Positions 19,622 to 28,116 of a stretch of 64,000 bases of DNA are shown piece after piece (within the stretch, counting starts at the first letter, position 1; every line of letters starts with the position of its first letter). The DNA comes from an uncultured Candidatus Saccharibacteria bacterium (GTDB lineage Bacteria > Patescibacteriota > Minisyncoccia > Phycocordibacterales > PALSA-1337). Both the position numbers and the translations under genes were made by a program. The stretch is taken from contig CAZHHB010000003.1 in the NCBI GenBank assembly GCA_964532285.1, positions 3,626 through 67,625 of the forward strand, read 5' to 3'. The notes beneath the pieces are model-generated. The model was not told where the DNA came from, did not search any database, and worked only from the letters and a program-made list of their open reading frames with translations.

Positions 19622-21616
19622 ATGTTTGAATCCAGATTCTATCAAGACGATTGCCTACGGATCCTTCAAAAGGTTCGACAAAAAGGCATACTTCGGGCGC
19701 TCGCTATAATGGCAAGTGGTCTCGGAAAGACGGTTACGATGGCCTTTGATGCCCTTAGTTTTCGAAAGCAATTTCCGAAGGCTCGGGTGCTCTACATTTG
19801 TCATCAAAATCAAATATCCAATCAGGCTCGTGGCACCTTTGAAGCGATCAACGGCAACAGTTGTACATATGGTTATTACAACGGCATCGAGAAGATCGCA
19901 CACTCAGTAGATTTCCTGTTCGCTTCATTTCAGACAATGAGAACGCACATGAAAAACTTTCGTCCAGACGAGTTCGACTATGTGGTTGTTGATGAAAGTC
20001 ATCACACATACGGCGACACTTTTTTGGATGTAGTGACCTACTGGAAGCCCAAGTTCCTGTTAGGGATGACGGCGACACCTGACCGCACTGACTGTCAAGA
20101 TATACGCAAAGTTTTTGGTCAGGAGGTATTCTACCTTCCGCTCGAAGAAGCACTTGCTCAAAGCCTGCTCACCCCGGTCGATTATCGCTTGATGACGGAT
20201 GAAATTCGACTCAAGAAGACGATCGAGTCGGCTGAACGGCGCTTGAGTTTGAAGATGCTTAATCGCACGATTTTTGTCCCAAGAAGGGATGAAGAAATTG
20301 TACGAATTATCCATAAACACTCACAAGAACTTCAAGAACCGAAGATTATCATCTTCTGTCAGTCGATTCAGTACGCTGAAGAATTGGCAAAGATCATGAC
20401 TGGGTCAATGACGATTCATTCGCGCGTATCGCTCAAGGAGAGGATTGTTCGAACAGAATTGTTCCGCCAAGGGCTCATCACTACGTTACTGACTGTGGAT
20501 GTTTTTAACGAAGGTATCGACATACCGGAAGCGAATGTTATCGTGTTCCTTAGGACCACAACATCTCACGTAATATTTTTCCAGCAACTCGGGCGCGGTC
20601 TGCGTCTGAGTGCTGGAAAGGATCGTGTGGTTGTTCTCGACTTTGTGGGTAGTTGCGAGCGAGTCAAAACCATCTACACTCTGTGGGACAATGTGAAAGC
20701 TCGCAGACAAAAAGTCATCAGTGCCACACCTGCTGCGAACCGAAACATGGGGAATCATACTTCTCGGAATATTGATCCCTTTTACCTCAATATGGGCGTC
20801 GTTGACTTCGAGGAGAAAATCCTCAAGGTGGTCGATATCGTTCGCAGGATCAATGACGGGTTTACTCGGGAGGAATGCATCTTGATGCTTCAGGCTTTTG
20901 CCGCACGGCTAAAGAGATCGCCCACACAAAAAGAAACCCATAAAAACAGACAGATGCCGAGTCAGTCTCTATATTGTAGGTACTTTGGTAGCCACACTGA
21001 GGCATTGAAGGCAGCGGGGCTTGCAGTCAATCAGATTCGAGATGTAACCGATGAAGAACTTCTTGAACAACTCCGAGGTGTCCAACAGAGGCTCGGTCAC
21101 TCACCTTCTCAGGGAGAACTCGCACAGGCTTCGAAAGACGGCTTGTGTTCTTGTGAACCTATGTTCCGTGAGCGCTTTGGATCGTTAAACGAGGCGCTTA
21201 AGGAAATTGGCTCAACACCTGCTCGGCAAGTTGGTCTCACAAAGATGGAGCTTGTCGCTCAGCTTCAGAAGCTGAAGGAGAAGGTCAAACGAGTTCCAAC
21301 GGTTGAGGATCTGATTGAAGCGTCAGCACAAAAGAAGATGGCAAGTTATTCTGTTTTCCGTAAGCACTTCAAGACCTGGAACAATGCACTTAGAGAAGCA
21401 GGCCTTACCGATAAAAAGGTCGAGGTACCTCACTATACCGAGGCAGAGTTGGTGGCTGATTTGAAAAAAGCCAACAGTATTCTGGGGCATGCACCAACGA
21501 CTGGGGATATGAATCGTCTTCGTAAGCAAGGGAAATTGAAAGTGGGAAGTCTCGGGGCTTTCTACTGGCGATTCAAGACTTGGAATAATACCCTCAAAGT
21601 CGCCGGATTGAAATAA
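19622..21616 (+). CDS. SF2 helicase (XPB/ResIII-like), paralog of the upstream gene, with four C-terminal homing-endonuclease-associated-type helical repeats
   Basis: Same motif set (MASGLGKTVT, VDESHH, GMTATPDR, QQLGRGLR); C-terminal ~45-aa repeats ending ...FKTWNNALREAGL x4. Confidence 0.7.
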   Translation: MFESRFYQDDCLRILQKVRQKGILRALAIMASGLGKTVTMAFDALSFRKQFPKARVLYICHQNQISNQARGTFEAINGNSCTYGYYNGIEKIAHSVDFLFASFQTMRTHMKNFRPDEFDYVVVDESHHTYGDTFLDVVTYWKPKFLLGMTATPDRTDCQDIRKVFGQEVFYLPLEEALAQSLLTPVDYRLMTDEIRLKKTIESAERRLSLKMLNRTIFVPRRDEEIVRIIHKHSQELQEPKIIIFCQSIQYAEELAKIMTGSMTIHSRVSLKERIVRTELFRQGLITTLLTVDVFNEGIDIPEANVIVFLRTTTSHVIFFQQLGRGLRLSAGKDRVVVLDFVGSCERVKTIYTLWDNVKARRQKVISATPAANRNMGNHTSRNIDPFYLNMGVVDFEEKILKVVDIVRRINDGFTREECILMLQAFAARLKRSPTQKETHKNRQMPSQSLYCRYFGSHTEALKAAGLAVNQIRDVTDEELLEQLRGVQQRLGHSPSQGELAQASKDGLCSCEPMFRERFGSLNEALKEIGSTPARQVGLTKMELVAQLQKLKEKVKRVPTVEDLIEASAQKKMASYSVFRKHFKTWNNALREAGLTDKKVEVPHYTEAELVADLKKANSILGHAPTTGDMNRLRKQGKLKVGSLGAFYWRFKTWNNTLKVAGLK

Positions 21617-21637
21617 CGGTGTATTGCACATTCACAC

Positions 21638-21667
21638 GGGGCTGGAGTAACATCCGGCCCCTTTTTA
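21638..21667 (+). terminator. Rho-independent terminator
   Basis: ggggctgg-agtaacat-ccggcccc + ttttt. Confidence 0.6.
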
Positions 21668-21763
21668 TATTTAGGATTCACTGCCTTGTTATTCAAATTT
21701 ATCTTATTTTTCATTTAGTTCAGCTAATGCTAAAATGTAAAACATAGTGACTATTTCAAAACC

Positions 21764-22639
21764 ATGAAAACAACATTTCAACGCATAATAACAAAAGATA
21801 ATATAGAACTTGCCGGTCTTTTGTATGAACCAGATGAAGGATCAAATAAGGTACTTGTTCATGTGCACGGTATGGCAGGCAATTTTTATGAGAACAAGTT
21901 TTTAGATTTTCTAGCTCATACTTTAACTGCCAACGGTATTGCTTTTTTCGTTTTCAATAATCGTGGTTGTGAATACATAAAAGATATGTTTAGGGTTGTG
22001 GATGGTTGGAGAAAAGTTGTTCGTATTGGTGATACCTACGAAAAGTTTGAAGATTGTATATTGGACATTGAAACAGCGATTAATTTTGTGGAACAGAAAG
22101 GGTTTACCGAGATACATTTATCAGGTCACAGCCTCGGTGGTCCAAAGGTTGCATACTATGTGTCAACCACCAAAGATAGACGGTTAAAATCCGTGATCTT
22201 TTTGTCTCCAGCAGATATGGTCGGTTTGGCTAAGTTGGATAAAGATTATGCGGTGGACATAAAAATGGCTAAAGAAATGATAGCTCAAGGTAAAGGCAAG
22301 GAGATAATGCCAAAGATTATTTGGGGCGAAGGTCATTTGACTGCCGACACTTATATGGATTTATCAGATGACAAATCCAAAGTCGCAATATTCAATTTCT
22401 ATAATTCTAAGGATAAATTTTATGTCCTATCTACCATATCTATTCCCGCGATGACTATTATGGGCAGGAAAGATGGTGCTTTGAGTATTCCCATTGAACA
22501 GACAATGGAAATTATTAAAAAAGTGATGACTTCATCAAAGAGAGTTGAAACTATCATATTGGGTGATGCCAATCATCAATACGATGGTTATCAGCAAGAA
22601 TTGGCTGATACTGTTAAAACATGGATTCAAAAAATGTAA
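21764..22639 (+). CDS. Alpha/beta hydrolase
   Basis: GHSLGG nucleophile elbow. Confidence 0.6.
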   Translation: MKTTFQRIITKDNIELAGLLYEPDEGSNKVLVHVHGMAGNFYENKFLDFLAHTLTANGIAFFVFNNRGCEYIKDMFRVVDGWRKVVRIGDTYEKFEDCILDIETAINFVEQKGFTEIHLSGHSLGGPKVAYYVSTTKDRRLKSVIFLSPADMVGLAKLDKDYAVDIKMAKEMIAQGKGKEIMPKIIWGEGHLTADTYMDLSDDKSKVAIFNFYNSKDKFYVLSTISIPAMTIMGRKDGALSIPIEQTMEIIKKVMTSSKRVETIILGDANHQYDGYQQELADTVKTWIQKM

Positions 22640-22944
22640 AAATTGTAGTATTTGTACCAGAAACTCACACCGACATGGTCCGTGAAGCTATGGGCAAGGC
22701 TGGTGCTGGTAAAATTGGTAACTATAGTTCTTGCTCGTTTTCATCAAAAGGAGTCGGAAGATTCAGACCAGACCAAGGAGCTAATCCCTATATTGGAGAA
22801 GTCGGGAAGTTTGAGGAAGTTTTTGAAGAAAGAATTGAAGTGATTTGTCCAAGAGAGAAACTCCAAGATGTGATAAAAGCAATTAAGGAAGTTCATCCGT
22901 ATGAGGAGGTTGCCTTAGATGTCTATCCTCTGGAAAATATATGA
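22621..22944 (+). CDS. Small conserved protein resembling the PII/CutA-like insert domain of Nif3/YqfO proteins
   Basis: VFVPETHTDMVREAMGKAGAGKIGNYSSCSFSS...HPYEEVALDVYPL pattern; recalled similarity only. Confidence 0.35.
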   Translation: MDSKNVKIVVFVPETHTDMVREAMGKAGAGKIGNYSSCSFSSKGVGRFRPDQGANPYIGEVGKFEEVFEERIEVICPREKLQDVIKAIKEVHPYEEVALDVYPLENI

Positions 22945-23537
22945 TTGAAATTAAAGCATTATTTGGAATACTCTCGTCATTCTTTGTCCTTATTGGTGGA
23001 ATACCATATTTAAAAGATATTCACCAAGGCAAAGCGCACCCTCATGTACTGAGTTGGCTTGGTTGGGCTTTTATCACGGCCCTTGGGGCAAGTGCGATGC
23101 TTGCTGAAGGAAGTACGTGGGCAGTTGCAATATTATTTGCCAATACGTTGCTGTGTCTTTCGGTTGCAGGATATTCGATAGTGAGAAAGGTGGGGGTTTG
23201 GTCAACTGGTATGTACGACTATCTATTCTTTGGGTTAGGTATTCTGGGTTTAATCCTCTGGCAGGTTCTTGATGTACCAGTCATTGCTCTCGTGTGTGCA
23301 ATTCTGGCGGATCTCTCATTTGGATTGCCAACAATCATCAAGACCTATAAAGACCCGACAACTGAAACTCCTTTTGTTTGGGCTACAGCGACAATATCCG
23401 GCTTATTAAGTTTGTTCGCTGTTCAAGATTTTGCTTTCCATGAAATGGCATATCCTCTTTATCTTTTTATATACGACACAATTGTGCTCTTGCTCGTGGT
23501 AAGAATAATTTATCGTCCTAACAATAAAAATATATGA
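22941..23537 (+). CDS. Multi-pass membrane protein
   Basis: Several hydrophobic segments. Confidence 0.4.
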   Translation: MIEIKALFGILSSFFVLIGGIPYLKDIHQGKAHPHVLSWLGWAFITALGASAMLAEGSTWAVAILFANTLLCLSVAGYSIVRKVGVWSTGMYDYLFFGLGILGLILWQVLDVPVIALVCAILADLSFGLPTIIKTYKDPTTETPFVWATATISGLLSLFAVQDFAFHEMAYPLYLFIYDTIVLLLVVRIIYRPNNKNI

Positions 23538-23616
23538 ATATAAATCTTGGAAATCTTTTTATTTCTTTGCCGAATGTTCAGGTTTTGGAGGATTTAACTA
23601 AGGCCGTAAAAAATAT

Positions 23617-24495
23617 ATGAAAATTCCCAGAAAAAAACTCAAAAATGGTTTTGAAATGCCTGAATATGGATTGGGTACATGGCAGATGGGTGGTCGACAT
23701 GAAAGAGATCAGATGAATGACGATAGAGCGGATATTCTGGCAATACAAAATGCTATTGAGAAAGGTGTAACTCATATTGATACTGCCGAAATGTACGCGA
23801 ATGGACATTCTGAAGAACTGATTGCGACTGCTATCTTAGATAAAAATATAAACAGAGAAAATCTTTTCATCGTTTCTAAAGTACCCGGAGAGCATCAGGG
23901 GTATGAAGGAGTCATAAATGCCTGCAGGGGAAGTCTTAAAAGGTTGAATACTGACTACCTCGATCTTTATTTATTACATGATTATGATGTGGATGATTTT
24001 CCTTTAAGAGACACCATCAAGGCTCTCTGTGAACTGAAGGAGATGGGTTTGGTGAGGAATATTGGGGTATCAAACTTTGGCGTAGAGCATCTCAAGGAAG
24101 CCCAAACGTATAGTAGATATCCCATAGTGTGTAATCAAGTACACTACAATCTAAGGGTGAGGGAAGCTGAACATAGTGGATTGCTAAAATATTGCCAGGA
24201 AAATGATGTCATGGCCGTAGCCTATAGACCAATAGAGAAGGCGAATATCCTCGACAAAACTCCTGCTATAATAGAAGAAATATGCAAAAAATATAACAAG
24301 ACTTTTGCACAGGTTGCTATCAATTGGCTGATCTCTCAGTCAAATGTGGTGACTATATCAAAGACAAGGAGTCTGGAACATCTCAATGAAAACCTAGGGG
24401 CAATCGGATGGTATATGGAAAGAGAGGATATAGAGAGGTTGCGTAGAGAATTTCCAGATCAAAAAAATGTTTCCGATGTGATTGCACTTGGTTAA
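23617..24495 (+). CDS. Aldo/keto reductase
   Basis: GLGTWQMGG start, DTAEMYANG, LYLLHD, NIGVSNF motifs. Confidence 0.75.
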   Translation: MKIPRKKLKNGFEMPEYGLGTWQMGGRHERDQMNDDRADILAIQNAIEKGVTHIDTAEMYANGHSEELIATAILDKNINRENLFIVSKVPGEHQGYEGVINACRGSLKRLNTDYLDLYLLHDYDVDDFPLRDTIKALCELKEMGLVRNIGVSNFGVEHLKEAQTYSRYPIVCNQVHYNLRVREAEHSGLLKYCQENDVMAVAYRPIEKANILDKTPAIIEEICKKYNKTFAQVAINWLISQSNVVTISKTRSLEHLNENLGAIGWYMEREDIERLRREFPDQKNVSDVIALG

Positions 24496-24565
24496 GGCGT
24501 TGTCTGTGATGGATTATCAGATATTAATTTAGTATGATTGGGGATGTCTATCCTTTATAAAATAT

Positions 24566-25207
24566 ATGAAAATAAAAAAGATCGGGCATTGTTGCCTCCT
24601 CATAAAAACTAAAAACCTAACCATCCTTACTGACCCAGGCGCTTTTTCCGTCAACCAAAATTCGATCAAAGGGATTGATGTTATCTTGATAACCCATGAA
24701 CATGCTGACCATCTACATATTGGTTCACTGAAAGAGGTGGTCTCGAATAATCCAAAAGCTATAGTTCTGACAAATTCCGGAGTCGCGAAAATCTTAGATC
24801 AAGAAGGCATATCGTATGAGCTTTTGGAAGGGCGAGATTCCAAACAGATTAATGAAGTCTTACTTGAATCCTTTGACTCCAAACATGAAGAGATTTTTGA
24901 ACAGGTCGGACAAGTTCAAAATACCGGATATTTTATAGATAATAAGCTTTTCTACCCCGGTGATTCCTACGCCAATCCCGGGAAAGCGGTTGACATTCTG
25001 GCACTACCCGTTGCTGGTCCATGGTGTAAAATTCCCGATGCTATTCGGTACACGCTAACTATTAGGCCTAAAAAAGCTTTTCCTGTTCATGATGGAATGC
25101 TCCAAAGAGACCGTATAGGAGGTTCTCACAAAATACCGGAAAAGATTTTGACCGAAAATGGTATTGAATTCATCGTCATGAATGATGGGGATGAGAAAGA
25201 GTTTTAG
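24566..25207 (+). CDS. MBL-fold metallo-hydrolase
   Basis: ILITHEHADH (HxHxDH). Confidence 0.65.
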   Translation: MKIKKIGHCCLLIKTKNLTILTDPGAFSVNQNSIKGIDVILITHEHADHLHIGSLKEVVSNNPKAIVLTNSGVAKILDQEGISYELLEGRDSKQINEVLLESFDSKHEEIFEQVGQVQNTGYFIDNKLFYPGDSYANPGKAVDILALPVAGPWCKIPDAIRYTLTIRPKKAFPVHDGMLQRDRIGGSHKIPEKILTENGIEFIVMNDGDEKEF

Positions 25208-25219
25208 ATATAAGAAATT

Positions 25220-25636
25220 ATGATCAAAAAAATACTCATAATAGGAACTATTAGTATCTTAGGTTTTATAGCAATTTTTATCTTTATTATTTACTCTTTT
25301 ACAAATGGAATGTGCAAAGATGAAATAATTGGAAAATATATTTCACCTGACACAAAACATACAATTAATTACTTTGTAAGAGATTGCGGTGCAACTACGG
25401 GATTTGTAAATAATATTGAGCTTGATAGTAACTTAATTGTACGAGCAGAACCTAACGATGGTGGCTATGCTCCATTTCGTGTTAGATGGATAGACGATGA
25501 GCATATCTTAATCGAAGTTGTCGCGAGTACAACAAGTATGAGGATCTATAAACAACCACTAAGTAATTACAGAGGAATTGATATCTCATTAGATCCTAAA
25601 ATTATAAGTAGTTATAATGCATACCAAAGACGGTAG
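25220..25636 (+). CDS. Hypothetical membrane-anchored protein
   Basis: N-terminal TM segment ILIIGTISILGFIAIFIFII. Confidence 0.3.
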   Translation: MIKKILIIGTISILGFIAIFIFIIYSFTNGMCKDEIIGKYISPDTKHTINYFVRDCGATTGFVNNIELDSNLIVRAEPNDGGYAPFRVRWIDDEHILIEVVASTTSMRIYKQPLSNYRGIDISLDPKIISSYNAYQRR

Positions 25637-25997
25637 TGTTATGGAGTTTAAACCTTAATCAAAAAAGACCCTCCCGTGGGAGAGTCCTCGTAGCCGAAAT
25701 GTCGCCTGTTATTGATGACTGCGCATCATCATGGACATTTTGGTGTGGTGGCCGGGCTTCATTTTGCCAATACAGCACTTGAGGGCGGGAGGCCGAAACT
25801 TGGGGGTGATGATCGTCCGCTCTTTGGTGTCCTGTTCCTTGACCAATTTTTTTGCACTCATTTAGTTATTTGCTTTTTGTTGGTTTTGGTTTGTGCGATT
25901 TGTACGATTAGAACTGACCGTGTTAAATAGTAGCGTGTATATACGAGATGTGTCAATATGAGTGACCCTGAGGATAGATACCATAACCGCACAACCC

Positions 25998-26026
25998 TTG
26001 ACAGATATTCATCTACAATATAATAT
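25998..26026 (+). promoter_or_regulatory. Sigma-70-type promoter upstream of ORF 26094
   Basis: TTGACA - 17 nt - TAATAT. Confidence 0.45.
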
Positions 26027-26093
26027 ACGCAACTGGAAAGTGGTGATATAAACAGATAAAATACAGATTGACAACAACAAACGAAAGGGCCAT

Positions 26094-27059
26094 GTGAAAG
26101 CAAAAACTCTGGACATTAAAAAAATGGGCATCATACAGATGCTCCGTGCAATATTCAGTCTCCAAACTCCCGAAGGTTCGGGGTCAAAAGAAAAACAGAA
26201 GGACGGAGAAAGACAGTGCGGAGTCATCACTTGTGCTTTGTCACGCCGTCTCTATGCCGCCAACTCAATCATGGTTGATCATATTAATGGTCTCGCGAAA
26301 AAACACGCTCACTTGCACGATGATGGCAGGAAGCAGATACCTAAACACGACTGTGAAGCTTTCGCAAATCGGATAAAGCGACTTCATGCCCGTCAGAAGA
26401 TCCTCAGTGGCTTGCTGTGGCAATCTGTCGGGGAGAGTTTTCCGCAATCTGCCATCAACAGTGTGGGCATCCGAGATGGTTGGATGTTGGTTGATCGGGA
26501 AGGTAAATGGAATGATCACATCCCATTCATCAACAAACCGAACAGTATCGCGGACAACTATTTGAACCGCGTGATGAAAATCATCTGTGGCGACTCCGTT
26601 TCTTCCGCCAGGGTGATTGCGGGGGAAGGTTTCGGCCCTGTGACTGCCGGCGAGGAAGTCGTCGGCTGTCTCGATGACGAGAAGGTTCGGAGAATCTGGA
26701 TGATCCTTTCGGATATCAGAAGTGAAGTGACGAAAGAACTCCCGACCGGTCTTACGGATGATAACTTCAGGGAAGTCTTCGGAACCTTGACGATCAATGA
26801 GATAGATCGTCTGCGATTGCTGTTGGCACGCTGCGATAAGCTGGTTGAGATTACGACCGCCCTATTTTGGTGTGGTGTTCGGGATACTGTTCCCGCCGCG
26901 TCAGACATTCCGGATATTGGCATTCGCCAGGGGTGGAAGGTCGTCAAGTGTGTTCCCGAGGAGGATTACGGTGGCGTAAGGATGGTCATGACCCCCATGG
27001 GTCCTGCCATTTCAGTTCCCAGAACTCTGGTGGAATCACTCATGCGTCTGGGGCAGTAG
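26094..27059 (+). CDS. Hypothetical protein, GC-rich relative to neighbours, with internal repeat (GIRDGWMLV / GIRQGWKVV)
   Basis: ORF with consensus promoter; no recognisable family. Confidence 0.35.
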   Translation: MKAKTLDIKKMGIIQMLRAIFSLQTPEGSGSKEKQKDGERQCGVITCALSRRLYAANSIMVDHINGLAKKHAHLHDDGRKQIPKHDCEAFANRIKRLHARQKILSGLLWQSVGESFPQSAINSVGIRDGWMLVDREGKWNDHIPFINKPNSIADNYLNRVMKIICGDSVSSARVIAGEGFGPVTAGEEVVGCLDDEKVRRIWMILSDIRSEVTKELPTGLTDDNFREVFGTLTINEIDRLRLLLARCDKLVEITTALFWCGVRDTVPAASDIPDIGIRQGWKVVKCVPEEDYGGVRMVMTPMGPAISVPRTLVESLMRLGQ

Positions 27060-27148
27060 TTGCGTTCACGTCAAATTATCCAAGCGCTCGCCGTTAAGGT
27101 GGGCGCTTTTTTATTTATGCATATGTAGGCTTTTGATTGTAATACACC

Positions 27149-28075
27149 TTGACCACATACGGCATGTGGTATATTAGTATGAACATGAATCCATCAAAAA
27201 ATATAGCAATCATTACCGGAATTATCGTAATAGCTGCGATCTTAGTTTTTGTCATAAAGTATGCCAACTACTCACCAGAGGTTGTCGATACCGATCCCGT
27301 AGCCTGCACCATGGAAGCGAAGATGTGCCCAGACGGCAGTTATGTAGGTCGACAAGGACCTCGTTGTGAGTTTAAGGCGTGTCCAACGCCAACAACTACA
27401 TCTGTCACCGTACCCGTTGATGAGAATGTCACCCTAGCTGTTGGTGAAAAAAAGAAAATTGACGATCTCACCATTACCCTAAATTCTTTTGTACAAGACA
27501 GTCGTTGCCCGATAGATGTCGTCTGTATTCAAGCTGGGGCTGTCACTGTGAATGTAACACTAGCTGACTCTTCTCATTACATAACGAAAAATTTTCCATC
27601 AGATGAAATCCCGTATAGTTTTGGAAAGTACCGTATTTCAATTGTAGACATCGCTCCTCCTCGTCAAAATCAGAAAGAAATCTTGCCGAGTCAGTATCGC
27701 ATTACATTCCATGTAACTTCTGATACTGGCAACGAACTTGATAAAACAAACCTTATCCGTGTCGATTATCCCAAACCCGATCAGACCATAACCAGTCCGC
27801 TGATTATCAAAGGAACAGCGAGAGGGAATTGGTTTTTTGGGGCGAGTTTTCCTGTTGTCCTAACCGATTGGGATGGAAGGATCATTGCGGATGGAATTGC
27901 AACAGCGAAGAGTAACTGGATGACTGCTGACTTCGTTCCATTTGAAGCGACGCTTACTTTCTCCGTAGATAAAGATGTTTACAGCAGGAGGGGGTCTCTC
28001 ATCTTGAAGAAAGACAATCCATCTGGTTTACCAGAATATGATGATGCTCTAGAAATTCCTGTGGTATTCGAGTAG
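27149..28075 (+). CDS. Membrane-anchored protein with C-terminal Gmad2-type immunoglobulin-like domain
   Basis: N-terminal TM; C-terminal SPLIIKGTARGNWFFGASFPVVLTDWDGRIIADG...FEATL pattern. Confidence 0.45.
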   Translation: MTTYGMWYISMNMNPSKNIAIITGIIVIAAILVFVIKYANYSPEVVDTDPVACTMEAKMCPDGSYVGRQGPRCEFKACPTPTTTSVTVPVDENVTLAVGEKKKIDDLTITLNSFVQDSRCPIDVVCIQAGAVTVNVTLADSSHYITKNFPSDEIPYSFGKYRISIVDIAPPRQNQKEILPSQYRITFHVTSDTGNELDKTNLIRVDYPKPDQTITSPLIIKGTARGNWFFGASFPVVLTDWDGRIIADGIATAKSNWMTADFVPFEATLTFSVDKDVYSRRGSLILKKDNPSGLPEYDDALEIPVVFE

Positions 28076-28116
28076 CTAGGTCGGACCTCGCTAACCTCTA
28101 ATTTCTATGTTATAGT

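Noticed and set aside
25712-25930. Plus-strand 72-aa ORF (MMTAHHHGHFG...)
   Set aside because: Antisense to a 50-aa minus-strand ORF that has a matching downstream terminator; hydrophobic, Cys-rich tail looks like an out-of-frame artefact
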